Below the pieces are notes generated by a model. The model was given only the letters and a program-made list of their open reading frames with translations, ran no database searches and was not told the DNA's origin. The translations under genes and the position numbers were made by a program. A DNA stretch of 64,000 nt from contig NW_027266275.1 of assembly GCF_022045235.1 (NCBI RefSeq), positions 38,316,001-38,380,000 of the forward strand, written 5' to 3'. The DNA comes from Haliotis cracherodii. Taxonomy: Eukaryota. This document shows, piece by piece, positions 38,479 through 51,100 of the stretch (positions are counted from its first letter, which is position 1; each line of letters begins with the position of its first letter).

Positions 38479-39981
38479 TACTGAACCAAATTAAAAACTT
38501 CCTAAAATTTTAACATTTTGACCAGTTATCATTGTGGGCCCTAATTGTGTATTTAAACAGTAATGGCCACGTATTGTATTCAGAAAACACCCGTTTTTGT
38601 GCAGGTGAATCGATCAAAATCATGTGCACAGCACTATAGTGGCAAAAGTGTTTTTTCACGTGCAACTGGTCACGTGGCCATAATACCGCACCTGTTTACG
38701 TGTTAGCAGTCATTAACAAAAAAAGAAAAACGCAAGTAAACAAAAATCTTTACGGCCATTTGTCATGCCACGCCTTTCAAATGTGCAACGTGAACGTGCC
38801 ATCGGCATGTTGCAGACGGGAACGTCCGTAGCTGAAGTCGCAAGGACAATGGGTTGTAGTCAACGGACTGTTTATGAGACGCGTCTACAGCAAACGGGTA
38901 CCACCGCTGATCGCCCTCGGCCAGGTCGACCACGTGTGACGTCACATGCAGAGGATCGTCAGATTGTCTTACTTCACCTCCGTAACCGATTTTTGATGGC
39001 TACATCAACCAGAAATGAACTGTTTAGGGGTAGACTGAGTGCGCAAACTGTTCGAAACCGTCTGAGAACTGCTCACCTTCAAGCACGACGGCCATACTGC
39101 GGGCCGATTCTGACTCAATTACACAGACGTCAACGTCAATTGTGGGCACAGCGACACTTACGATGGACTCAGAGGAATTGGAATCAAGTCGTCTTAAGTG
39201 ATGAATCCCGATTTAATCTTCGATTTGCTGATGGTAGTGCGAGGGTGTGGAGGCGCCGTCATGAACGTTACGCCCAGTGTTGTGTACAAGAGGTTGACAG
39301 ATTTCGAGGCGGAAGTGTCATGGTGTGGGATGCTTTCTGTGGCAATGCACGTTCCAGGCTTCTTGTCATCCGTGGCAACCTCAACGCTGCTGCTTACCGC
39401 GACCAGGTACTGGCACCAGAACTTCTGCCTTTTATGGCAGCACATGGACCCGGTTTGATCTTCCAACACGACAATGCCAGACTACACACAGCAATTTTGA
39501 CAAGGAATTTCCTTCAGAATGCGGGAGTCAACGTCATGGACTGGCCGTCAAGGTCTCCCGACCTCAATCCCATCGAACACGTCTGGGATGCTCTTGGCAG
39601 AAGTCTGCGCACTCTCCAGAACCAACCACAGAATTTGCAAGATCTTGGCACCATTTTGCAGCAACAATGGCGTCGTCTTCCAAATCATGTGTTTACAAGC
39701 ATCACAAGGTCCATGCGGAGGCGTTGTGTGGCAGTTGTCAACGCACATGGTGGCCATACACGCTACTGAACTTGATTCTCGTGCTTAGGACTTATGATTT
39801 AAACTGTTGATGTTATTACCGAATAACGTAGGTGCTTGGAACAAATTATGGTTACCACCGTTAATTAAAATCCTTCTTTTGACATTAATGATTCAAAATT
39901 ACCTTCTCTGATACATTTGTCCGTTGTATATCATATATGGGATTACTTTTAAAAATGTGAAGTTTTTAATTTGACTCAGTA
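38479..39981 (+). mobile_element. Full-length Tc1-family transposon (1.5 kb)
   Basis: TIRs TACTGA(AC/GT)CAAATTAAAAACTTC flanked by TA on both sides, enclosing a transposase ORF. Confidence 0.93.
38765..39769 (+). CDS. Tc1-like DD34E transposase, 334 aa
   Basis: N-terminal HTH region, GRPR linker, SDESRF, HDNA-(34)-E in WPSRSPDLNPIEHVW, C-terminal GGHTRY. Confidence 0.95.
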   Translation: MPRLSNVQRERAIGMLQTGTSVAEVARTMGCSQRTVYETRLQQTGTTADRPRPGRPRVTSHAEDRQIVLLHLRNRFLMATSTRNELFRGRLSAQTVRNRLRTAHLQARRPYCGPILTQLHRRQRQLWAQRHLRWTQRNWNQVVLSDESRFNLRFADGSARVWRRRHERYAQCCVQEVDRFRGGSVMVWDAFCGNARSRLLVIRGNLNAAAYRDQVLAPELLPFMAAHGPGLIFQHDNARLHTAILTRNFLQNAGVNVMDWPSRSPDLNPIEHVWDALGRSLRTLQNQPQNLQDLGTILQQQWRRLPNHVFTSITRSMRRRCVAVVNAHGGHTRY

Positions 39982-40142
39982 TATTTAAAAGAGGTTTCAG
40001 TGGGAAAAAGGATACCACTTTTTAACCAATCAGAATCAGCATTCTTCAATGTCATGGTAGAATGCTATTTACACCCCATAAAATAACTTTTATTCTCGAT
40101 CTTGATCAGACAGAAATTTAACGCCTGCTGTCATTATCACAA

Positions 40143-40310
40143 AGTGAGTGAGTTGGGTTTAACGCCGCTTTTAACAGTATTCCAGTTATATCGCGGCGTG
40201 TCAGCTTAATGTTGGGGGAAAACCAGAAGTGATGCAGGTTTCAGACGTTTACCACCTTGGTGAAACCCACGAGCACGGGTATGGTGCTGACAAACCTAGA
40301 AGCATAATCA
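40143..40310 (-). mobile_element. SINE family A, 3' part
   Basis: Reverse complement of ~30026-30209. Confidence 0.8.
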
Positions 40311-40383
40311 GCCGAATATTTATGTGCATATTCACTCACAAGTTTACACAACCACGATATTAAACCTTCACGTGACCTTGTCT

Positions 40384-40535
40384 GTTTAACGCCGCACTCA
40401 GCAATATTCCAACTATATGACGGCGGTTTGTAAATACATGTAATCGAGTCTGTAAGCGAGCCTGACCACCCGATCCCGTTAGTCTCCTAGTCTCATCTTA
40501 CGACAAGCATAGTCGCATTTTACGACAAGCATGGG
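40384..40535 (-). mobile_element. SINE family B fragment
   Basis: TTAACGCCGCACTCAGCAATATTCCA...CGACAAGCATGGG. Confidence 0.75.
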
Positions 40536-40873
40536 TGGCAAATATTTGTATAAGTATCAAGTTCAAGTTAACTTTCACAAGGAAAAATGTTTTCTATAAG
40601 GGGGGAGCAATTAAGCTGACACGCCGCGATATAACTGGAATACTGTTGAAATCGGCGTTAAACCCAACTCACTCACTTTATGTAGGACAAAAATAGCTAA
40701 ATAGATTTCAGCTGTAGACAGTTTTCACTTTGGTGAACCCAACCGACCATCGGGACGAATGTGAAATTCGAACGCACGATATGCACATCCAAGTACTGCT
40801 TAGGGCCGTAACTCTGCACTGCGCATTTCGTCGCCTTACACCAATAGGCCACTCTTTATACACAGTCCGTGAG

Positions 40874-41083
40874 TTGTTGTTGTTTGTTGTTTAACGCCGC
40901 ACTCAGCAATATTCCAGCTATATGACGGCGGTCTGTATAATAACCGAGTCTGGGCCAGACAATCCAGTGATTGACATCATGAGCATCGATCCCGTTAGTC
41001 GCCTTTTACGACAAGCATAGTCGCCTCTTACGGCAAGTATGGGTTGCTGAAGACCAATTCTATCCCGGAATCTTCACGGGTCA
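40874..41083 (-). mobile_element. SINE family B with 12-bp TSD
   Basis: Flanked by ACAGTCCGTGAG (40862-40873) and ACAGTCCGTTAG (41084-41095). An empty site is present in the paralogous block at ~42914. Confidence 0.88.
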
Positions 41084-42039
41084 ACAGTCCGTTAGAATGG
41101 CTATTTGTCTTCGTCACTTTGATCTTATCTCATATTGACATTCTGATACTTCTATGTTCACATGTCTGTTATCTTGTTATCTGTATACACTGTGGTGTCG
41201 AACTGCGAACTGACAATCTACATTGTTTCACAACAGACGCATATTGCCCCCACCCACCCACCCACGCCCCCAAAAAGAAAAAAAGTATATTGATCGAAGT
41301 ACCCATATCCTGACGTGCATTCTGATTGCCTTGCCTTCGAATTGGGGACGAGCCATTCGTCACCACGATGAAAGCCTCGCGTGGAGATTACGCAGCGTTT
41401 AGAATGAGCTTTCGATGAATACCTTTATGTTTAGGTGTGTGTTTTTTAAATCAATCTTTCGTACATGTTTGTTAAACATCTTCAGGCGATGTTTGAAACA
41501 TTCATGTGTGACGTGGGATTATTAAATCGTCGTTTTCTTCTGTTTGTCTAAAAACATGCACTAATGCACATGTAATCAGTACAATCAGTATAGTATGGCT
41601 ATCCGTGGCCCTGTGCACTAATGGCACGCGATCATGACTATAATTCATACAGAAATCATCGTCATTATGTTTACTCAATAAAAACCATCTTAATCAGCAG
41701 CTTATATATAAGCGCGATGAGAATTTGTAAATCGTGTTTTGAATAAATAGGCGTTAACGCAAGCGCACGAACCACACTCACAATAGACCTTTAACGAACA
41801 ACCAACTTCGACTGGAAATTCTGGATTCAGCCAGTAAAGCAGCTCAAATGTGTCAAATGGTCAAAGGGCGATAACTGAAGTACGGCGTGTATGGCCATTG
41901 ATGTTTACTGCTTATGCTAAACACGTGGTAGCAGCGAGAGAGGTTAACTCGAGTAGACCAGTCAATCTCGTATAACGGTGAATTGCATCAAAGTGTTCGG
42001 TTGCGGTGACTGTTGCTGCTCAAAATCATTCGAACCGAT

Positions 42040-42115
42040 ATGGCGTCTCTAAAGAATGTTGGAAGATCGCTCGCAAGATGCACATTACAAAGTGTTGCGA
42101 GGGGGCCGCATATTC
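42040..42115 (+). CDS. ABAT: ABAT exon 1 (mitochondrial targeting peptide)
   Basis: [25 protein letters not shown] is Arg/Ser-rich with no acidic residues. Donor C|GTAAGT is phase 1, matching exon 2. Confidence 0.75.
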
Positions 42116-45100
42116 GTAAGTTTTAACTCATCACTTCCAATGTCGATAGCTGTCAGAACCCTTTCTTTGCATGTCTTTGGGTGTCAATAACATGTTTATC
42201 ATACGTTAAACCGTTTAGTATGGTGATGTATATTACCAGCTGATTGTGTAATGTATAAGTATGCTATTGTACATTGCGATATGGTATTCAACAATTGGCC
42301 ATGGTATAGTAATACCTAAGTATTGATTTAGTTATAATATAACTGCAACATCCCTGGAGAATAAAGCATCTTGTCTCGCCCAATATTAATCATTAAATTC
42401 ATTGTGTTCTTTCTTTGAAAGAAATATAAAATAAATGCCACTTTCCTCACTTTTGACAATAGATGTTTATCAAATAACCAATTACCGTACTTATCAACAT
42501 GTATCAGTCAACGTTAAACTACATCTATCACTTTATTTTTTGTAAGATATATTTCCTCATTAGTGTTAATTAACACTGCACTACTAGTAATGTCAATTGT
42601 CAAGTATCAAGTTTAAGTTAACTTTCCCAAGGAAAAATGTTTTCTATAAGGGGGGAGCAATTAAGCTGACACGCCACGATATAACTGGAATACTGTTGAA
42701 AGCGGCGTTAAACCCAACTCTCTCACTTTATGTAGGACAAAAATAGCCAAATAGATTTCAACTGTAGACAGTTTTCACTTTGGTGAAACCCACCGACCAT
42801 CGGGAGAAATGTGAAATTCGAACACACGATATGCACATTCAAGTACTGCTTATGGCTGTAACTCTGCACTGTGCATTTCGTCGCCTTAGACCAATAGGCC
42901 ACCCTTTATGTGTAGTCCGTGAGAATGGCTATTTGTCTTCGTCACTTTGAGCTTATCTCACATTGACATTCTGATGTCTGTTATCTTGTTATCTGTATAC
43001 ACTGTGGTGTGGAACAATTTTTCATGGACCCCCCAAAAAGACCCCTCAGCCCCTGACCCCAATAAGAAGTGACCAGTCCCTAAATAAAGTTAAAATTTGT
43101 AATTCAAACATTCGAAAAAAATTCAACTGTCATTTTTTCATGCACACGACAGGAAAAGAAATGTCAAGTCTATACTATATGGTGATAAATCCCATCAATG
43201 TGGCCAACACTACGCCCTCCCTATTCACCTCTGTTCCTGCACACTGTATCTCATCTTTAAGGAGATCCTTTGGGTTGGACTTTGACTCCATCTCTAAATA
43301 GAATGATTCGGAGGGATTCCAAACATTACTTTTGAAGGTTGTTAAAATGTCAGACTCCACGACATCCTACAACACAAAACAGTTTTTCGTAGTCACATAT
43401 TTATCAGATTCGTACATAATGCATAGGACTTTGTTCTAACAAATGTTGGGTAGTAAACACAAGATTACAGTGACAATCACATTTGTGTCATGTTTTAAAA
43501 ACAAAATGTTTTGCCGAAAAAAGTCAGTTGACTTACAGAGTTAAAACTTACGAACTTAACAACTGAGTCTAAAGCATAGCAACTTTACAGATTTTAGTTC
43601 ATTGGGGGCATGCTTAATCACAAATGGTGGACCGAAAATAATTTGACAAAAGGAAAGCATAAAACAGACAATAAAAAACGACAGGCGAAATCTTCCCTAA
43701 ACAACTGGGGCGATTCCCCTTACTGGGGTTAAAATGGGTTCCTGGCGTGTGACGCGCTGTGCAGTTTCAACAATCGGGACAATGGACAGTCTACCTGCTT
43801 CTGCTTCAGATTTTTTAACCTTATTTTTCTGTCGACACATCCGGGGCACCAGGTGGTTTATTCGGGGGTCCTCCTCCTAGTCTCACCCCTATTGTTATGG
43901 GTACAAATTCACCTGAGCAGGGTGATGGGTAGGTAAGACAAGAGGCGAGATTAAGTTGGGCCTGTCACATAAGACAAATTGTTGGTGAATATCTTACAAA
44001 ATATAACGACAAAACTAATTTCACATTTCTTCTATTATGAATCATTTGAATGGTATTAGCATGTGTGAAGCTGTAGACAGGCTACACTGCGAAGGGGGAC
44101 ATTCATAAGTACTTTGATATGCTTTCCTTTGTCAACACAAATAATGCTGGTGTCATCGCCAGACGTAGGACACGAAGTGACATAAAACTAATTACCTTGG
44201 AATATGTTCTGCGATTTAAAAGTCGTGTTTTAATGATTGAAATATTATTTATGTCGGACAGTTATGTCTTTTCAATCACATTTGAAATGGTTGTCCTGTG
44301 TAAATGTTATTGTATGCCCAAAACCTCTCCACACTGCCGCTGTACAAGATGGATGACTTCAACTTTCCAATAGTCAACTTCCCTTATGTCTACCTTTCAC
44401 AATTTTCTAGGTTCAATTAAGCACGTTCTTTCTACGAAGCTTTGAAAGAGACCTGTGTTCTGCTACATATACAATCTCACCTGAGTGTCTTTTGATATCA
44501 AATATATCAACGAGTGATGATAAATAAAATCCACTAATAAATATTAATAAATTGAAAAACTTGAAAAAACCATCAGTAATTTCCAGAAGAGAACACAGAT
44601 CCTACAACAGATCACAGGTGTTCCTAATAAATGTTGTCCGTAATAGAATATTCATATCTGTGACAGAGCGTGTGGACGTGTGCAATACTGGAATGCATAA
44701 TTTAAAGAGGGCACGGTAACATGATTATTCCACTGATTATACAATGTTCACATTGGCATATTTAACGACTTTAAAAAAAATCGCTGGCATAAACATATGA
44801 AGGTGGGAGAGTGCGAGTTAAAATTTAAAGCCACATTGGCAGTATTTCAACCATATCGTGACTATATAAAGTAATGCAATAATAATTCATACATTTAGAC
44901 CATATATAAACATGTCAACAAATGACCATAAAAAACTCGACCATCACAGACCTGTTTCAAAAACTTGCATGTAACCATAAAAAGACTATTCAAAACAATA
45001 ACAGCGTAACCAGGGGCTGTAAAGCAACTACAAAACTCTGCCTATAATCATACAACATATATACTGAGGAGTAAAAGAAACCATACCTCACTTGGTTTTA

Positions 45101-48100
45101 TCATATGTCTGATTTTCTGTTGAAAATATCTTAAGTTAGCAATGGCATTTTAAATAAATGAACTGAAATTACTCTTAATCAGCATCTTTGAAAATCAATA
45201 AATTTGCTTTTTTTTTACAGATTTGGCTTGGGTACGATGAAATAAAAAAATAGTTAATCATTATTTAATTCTAATTATAAAAAAATAATTTTTCAACCCT
45301 GATCTCAGAGCAGGCATACAGAATAAGGTCCTTTGGCACATCAACTGATGCTATACATGCAGATACAGAACGGCAATTCTCTCTACTGCTGTTCCCTCTT
45401 GTGTAGAGTGCCAGTTACAACAGTGAGACTGGGTACAGGATATTACAGCATTACTAGTTTTCAGAAGATCTTTAATTTGTTTAGAAGGCAAACATACAAC
45501 ATTATGCCAAATAGCGTATGGAAGGAATCTTTTGTGACAAATATAGTTTTCCTAAAACTAGTTTTATGTTAGGACACCTCCATGGCATGCTGAACGGTTT
45601 CCTTGGCCCACATTTCTGGGTGCAGAAATATTCAGGTCAAATCATTCAAAACAGGTCAAGTTTTTGAACCAGGCCTCACTAGAACCTGAGCACTGACAGA
45701 CATGTGACATGTAGGCCAAAGGTCAGCATGGCCATAGAGATAGGGATAACAACCTTGATATTTATGATGATGACCTTGATATTTATGGCTAGGGATAATG
45801 ACCTGATGTTTAAGTTATTCATCTGTCAGGATTCATGGTTATTATAGTCCCCAGGGACCTATATATATGCTATGCAAGACTTAATGGATCGGATGGTTAG
45901 ACCACAGGAATTCGAAGGTTTTCAAGAACTACAAAAAAGCTTCTATGTTTGTAAAGCTACTTAATCCTGAGGTCAATAACATGTTTATCATACGTTAAAC
46001 CGTTTACTATTGTGATGTATATTACCAGCTGATTGTGTAATGTATAAGTATGCTATTGTACATTGCGATACGGTATTCAACAGTTGGCCATGGTATAGTA
46101 ATACCCAAGTATTGATTTAGTTATTATATAACTGCAACATCCCTGGAGAGTAAAGCATCTTGTCTCGCCCAATATTAAACATTAAATTCATTGTGTTCTT
46201 TCTTTGAAAGAAATATAAAATAAATGCCACTTTCCTCACTTTTGACAATAGATGATTATAAAATAATCAATTACCGTCCTTATCAACATGTATCAGTCAA
46301 CATTAAACTACATCTAACACTTTATGTTTTGTAAGACCCAATTTATTTTTACACAAAATTATTCAGCCTCAGATTACTATTGTTTACAGATTTGGCTTGG
46401 GTACGATGAAATAAAAAAATAGTTAATCATTATTATTTATATAATAACGGTGTTGGATATCTGTCTCAACGGTGTTGGATATCAGTCCCAACAGTTTTGG
46501 ATATCAGTCCCAACGGTGTTGGATATCAGTCCCAAAGGTGTTAAATATCAGTCCTACAGTGTTGGATATCAGTCCCAACGTTTTTGAATATCAGTCCTAA
46601 TGGTGTTGGATATCATTCCCAAAGGTGTTGAATATCACTCCCAACGGTGTTGGATATCTGTCACTGTTTTTTCTGATGTAGAAAGGCCACCATCATTAAG
46701 ATGGAATATTATTTTTTTTAATATATAATAATTTGTCAAAAAAGAATTTTTGCTGGTGACAATAAAAATGAAATTGGACTCTCCAATTATTAACAAAACT
46801 CTGTAAAAATAGAAATCAGGAGATTCTATGTTCAGCATCAACAGATTCTTCTTGAAATTTCATCTTATTATCTTGAAATTTCAAGATTTTAAGTGGAAAT
46901 TTCAAGGTATTGACTTGAAATTTCAACATACAGTAAATATCTTGAAATTTCAAGTTAGTATCGTGAAATTTCAAGTTAGTATCTTGAAATTTCAACTTAT
47001 GTATCTTGAAATTTCAACATAGCATCTTGAAATTTCAACTTCGCATTTGTTCAACAGGACCAAAAGGGTACAAATTTTGATAATGGCCAATATAATAAAA
47101 GTCAAAAAGTGATTTTTCACCCATGAGGTCCCTTATCCATGGAAGCCATTTAGAGCCATTTGTTTTTGATTTCCTTCTTGAAATTTCAACTTATTATCTG
47201 GAAATTTCAAGTTATAAAGTTGAAATTACAAGATGCTGAAGTTGAAATTTCAAGATATTAAGTTGAAATTAATTTCAACATACCGTTAACATCTTGAAAT
47301 TTCAAGTTAGTATCTTGAAAAGAACAAATGGCCCTAAAAGGCTTCCGTACTTATCACATGGTTGGTCACATATAATTTATCTGTAACTTTACATAATGAC
47401 CTATAGGTTTACTTGTTTATAATAAAGGTTTGGAATGGCAAGTGAATTCCTGGCTCAAAATTAACTGCCATAACAATAATGTGATGTCTGCATAATGGTT
47501 TAATATGATTTAGTATATAGCAGTAACAAGGCTCCATTTAACTATATAATACATGCACCAAAGCAGCCTATTATTAAAAAAATGCAATTTAATATTTATG
47601 CCAACATGCACCAAGTATGTTTGCCTAACCCTTACATGCCCACACTAGAATGACCTTTGAACACACTCAATACCTCTTAGGTTTTTGTCCCATACTACAT
47701 CACTAATCTCTGTGTTATGTATAATGTGTCATGCTTCCATGGGCCTGACGTCATCAAACAGCCTATTATTGAAAAATGCAATTTTATATCTATGCCAACA
47801 TGCACCAAGTATGTCTGCCTAACCCTTACATGCCCACACTAGAATGACCTTTGAACACACTCAATACCTCTTAGGTTTTTGTCCCATACTACATCACTAA
47901 TCTCTGTGTTGTGTATAATTCAGGGATGTGAGCAGGTTTTCCTGAAAAAAAGAGTAAAAGTGTAGGGGGGTCAGGGGGCATGCCCCCCAAGAAATTAAAA
48001 AATATTTGATTGCATTGCAATTTCGTGCAGTTTGGACAACATTCACACCAAGAAATGTAATAAGTCAATGGCAAAAATCAGTAAGTCAAATAAACAAGAT

Positions 48101-51100
48101 GGCAGATGGCAGATTTTTTAAAAGTACTGATTTAACTTCGAAATTTTACTAATTTCGAAGTTAAATCAGTACTTTTAAAAAATCGGGCATAGCTCCCGCG
48201 CACCTGGCTACTCACCAGGTCTGGGAGCAATACTGCCATAAACTTCAACCCCCATCCCCCGGACACAAGGACATGGCCTATGTTTCAATTTTCCATAAAT
48301 AAATCAATCTCATTAATATAAGATCTTAGTTCCCGCTGTCGCTAAACAACGATATGAGGACATCCCATAAGGGTCATGTCAGAACGACCTTTCATCGGAC
48401 CAAGTAGAATGTCGCTTACCAGATCATGAAAGTGACAGTCGGAATGTGTTTTCTAAAACGAAAACGTTAACATGGGGTATTCTGAACGACAGTTATGGCA
48501 AAATTATCGTCTATCTCTCGCTTCCGTGGGATAAACATTTGAACAAAGGAAGCGTTGCACAATATGTGGAAAGCACTGCCATACAATCTCAACCATATAT
48601 TAGACATTCCGGAATGTTCGTTTGTTCAGTTTTCAAAATTTTAATCGAGAACTGTGTCAACACATATTTCAAGCATAGTCTGTAATAGAAGTCGCCAGGT
48701 TGAAACGAATGCCGTAAAGCTCGAGAAGGCTGCTTTCTAATTGGCTGGTGTCGACTTCTTGTTAGTTGTTTCAGTGGTAGGTAAAAGTTGTTCTGACGTG
48801 AGCGTGGCGGGATGTCCTCAGATCTTTGTTTAGCGGCAGCAAGAACTTACATTTGATTTTAATGAGATTGATGAAAAAATGGGACCAGGGTGCAACCTTG
48901 TTGTGTCTGGTGCAACTGTGTTTTCATGTAGACATGCACTATATGCAAGTTAAATCAAGTTTCCTGTCATAAACAGGGATGTTGTAATATCCCTAGGATT
49001 TTATATAATATCCCGGGGTTATGTTATCCCGGGTAACATATGAATGTTTCTTGTTATATATGATGTTTTGCATCTGAACACAAGATACTGAAATGTAAAA
49101 TCAAATGACAATTGTGTTCTTTATATTCCCCCGGATCGAACACACAACCTTTGTATCTTTAGCCCAGTGAGTGTACCACAAGGCTACAGAAGCGCTGATA
49201 AATCACAATGCTTTGAAGAATTTTTTTCAAGAACCGTATGCCAGCAACAGATATCTTACCCCCCTTTCCTAAGGTACATGGATAGTATGAAACAAAAAAA
49301 ATGTTAATTAATGTTGCTTTGAGTTTCCTTTTTCAGTTTATAAGTTGGATAAAACACATATCCTTTCTAAGAGATTTAAGTCCCACAACTTCGGGATAAA
49401 CTTCAGGGCTGACTTGGTTTATCCATTGGATTCTGGTTTTAAACCTTCTGATGTGTTTTATCTTACACATTTATAAATCAAGTCCAGTCTGTGATTATTA
49501 TACCCCTGACCTGAAAGGGTGGGGTATATAGTTACACCTTGGAATTCTGTCAGTCCTGTCATCTGTCCTTCCATCCATCCGTCCTTCTGCAGACAATTTG
49601 TGTGCAACCTATAACTTGAAAACTCCTTCATAGGTCTTTTTCAAACTTGGTGAACACTTTCTATACCAATATGTGTGTGTGTAGTTTGATTTCAATGTTT
49701 GGATTTTCTGAAAAACTTTTTTTCCTTTTTTGGACTTAGAAATGTTTTGCTTAAACATTTGTGTGACCTATAACTTGAAAACTTTTGCATGAAAAGTTTG
49801 ATTTTGATAAGGGGATTTTCTGAGAAAATATTGCATTTTCATGTTTTGAACAGAGAAATGTGTTGAAGTCGAAGTCGGGGGTAGTAGTGAGCCCTGCTCA
49901 CTTTTTACGTTGTTGACATTATCAATTAGGACACTTAATAACCGTTTTGCTGTATTTACATGAGCAGATTACTTTTTTTAAAACATATTGAAGAATTAAG
50001 AATGGTTGATATGTCAGTTGTCTAATATCTGGGTGTCTGAAATGTCTGAAGAGAACTCAATTTTGTTTACTTGCTCACAGAATTGTAATGAGTTTCATAC
50101 TTTAAACAGCCACTCTGAATGTAAGGTGAAGTGTCTGGCATGGGACTGATTGTCTATGAAGGACAAGTTTGCGAGTTATGAAATAAATAAACAACTTTTG
50201 ACTCATATAACTTCACATCTGTATTCACCATACTAGCCAAGTCTTATTAAAATCAGATCATTTACTCCCGTATCATACAGACCCGTGAAGATCCATGGTA
50301 GAATAGATCTTCAGCAACCCATGCTTGCCGTAAAATCGACTATGCTTGTTGTGAGAGGAGACTTACGAGATCGGGTGGTCAGGCTCTCTGACTTGGTTGA
50401 TGCACGTCATCATATCCAAACTGCGTGGATGGTGCTCATGATGTCAATCACTGGGTTGTCTGGTCAAGGATGTCTGAGGAGGCTTTATCGAACCCTGAGC
50501 AAAATTTGACCACCCAATTCTTAATGAAGTATGTGTGGGTTCCCGAGCCAATCAGATGTCAGTTTTCAGAAATGATCCATGTAAATTTCTTTACCACCAT
50601 GATTCAGATCATACCTCGGCTTAAATTTTGTGTGTGATTCCAGGTATAGTTTCCAAGAACATTCCTCTGGTAATCTGACTTTATCTGACTGGAGCTAAGC
50701 AGACATTGCAGTCCTATTAAAAATATTATTTGGAACCAGACAATTATCTGTTAAGCAATATTTGATCATTAACTCCTGACAGTATAAACAGGTTTTATTG
50801 TGTATTTATCATTCACTTTCATCAGAGTCAGTTCGATGTCGGGCTGCTGCACCTGCTGTGAATGTTCGGCCAGTGGATGATGAGCCTGCGGCGCCAATGG
50901 TGAAGACTGCCATCCCGGGTCCCAGATCCAAGGAGCTTCTAAGGGATCTGGAATCAATACAGGTGACCTGATAGTTCTTTGACAGGGGAGAACTGTATTG
51001 TATAGATTGAAAAGGGCAGTATTATCATTATACAATAACTAGTCAAGAATATATATGGATATGAAATATGATATGTATCACAACACTTTGTTCAAGATGT

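Larger units (their letters stand above)
40553..43011. repeat. ~410-bp direct repeat flanking ABAT exon 1 (40553-41200 with a SINE insert; 42602-43011)
   Basis: AAGTATCAAGTT...TATCTGTATACACTGTGGTGT occurs twice with scattered substitutions. Confidence 0.9.
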
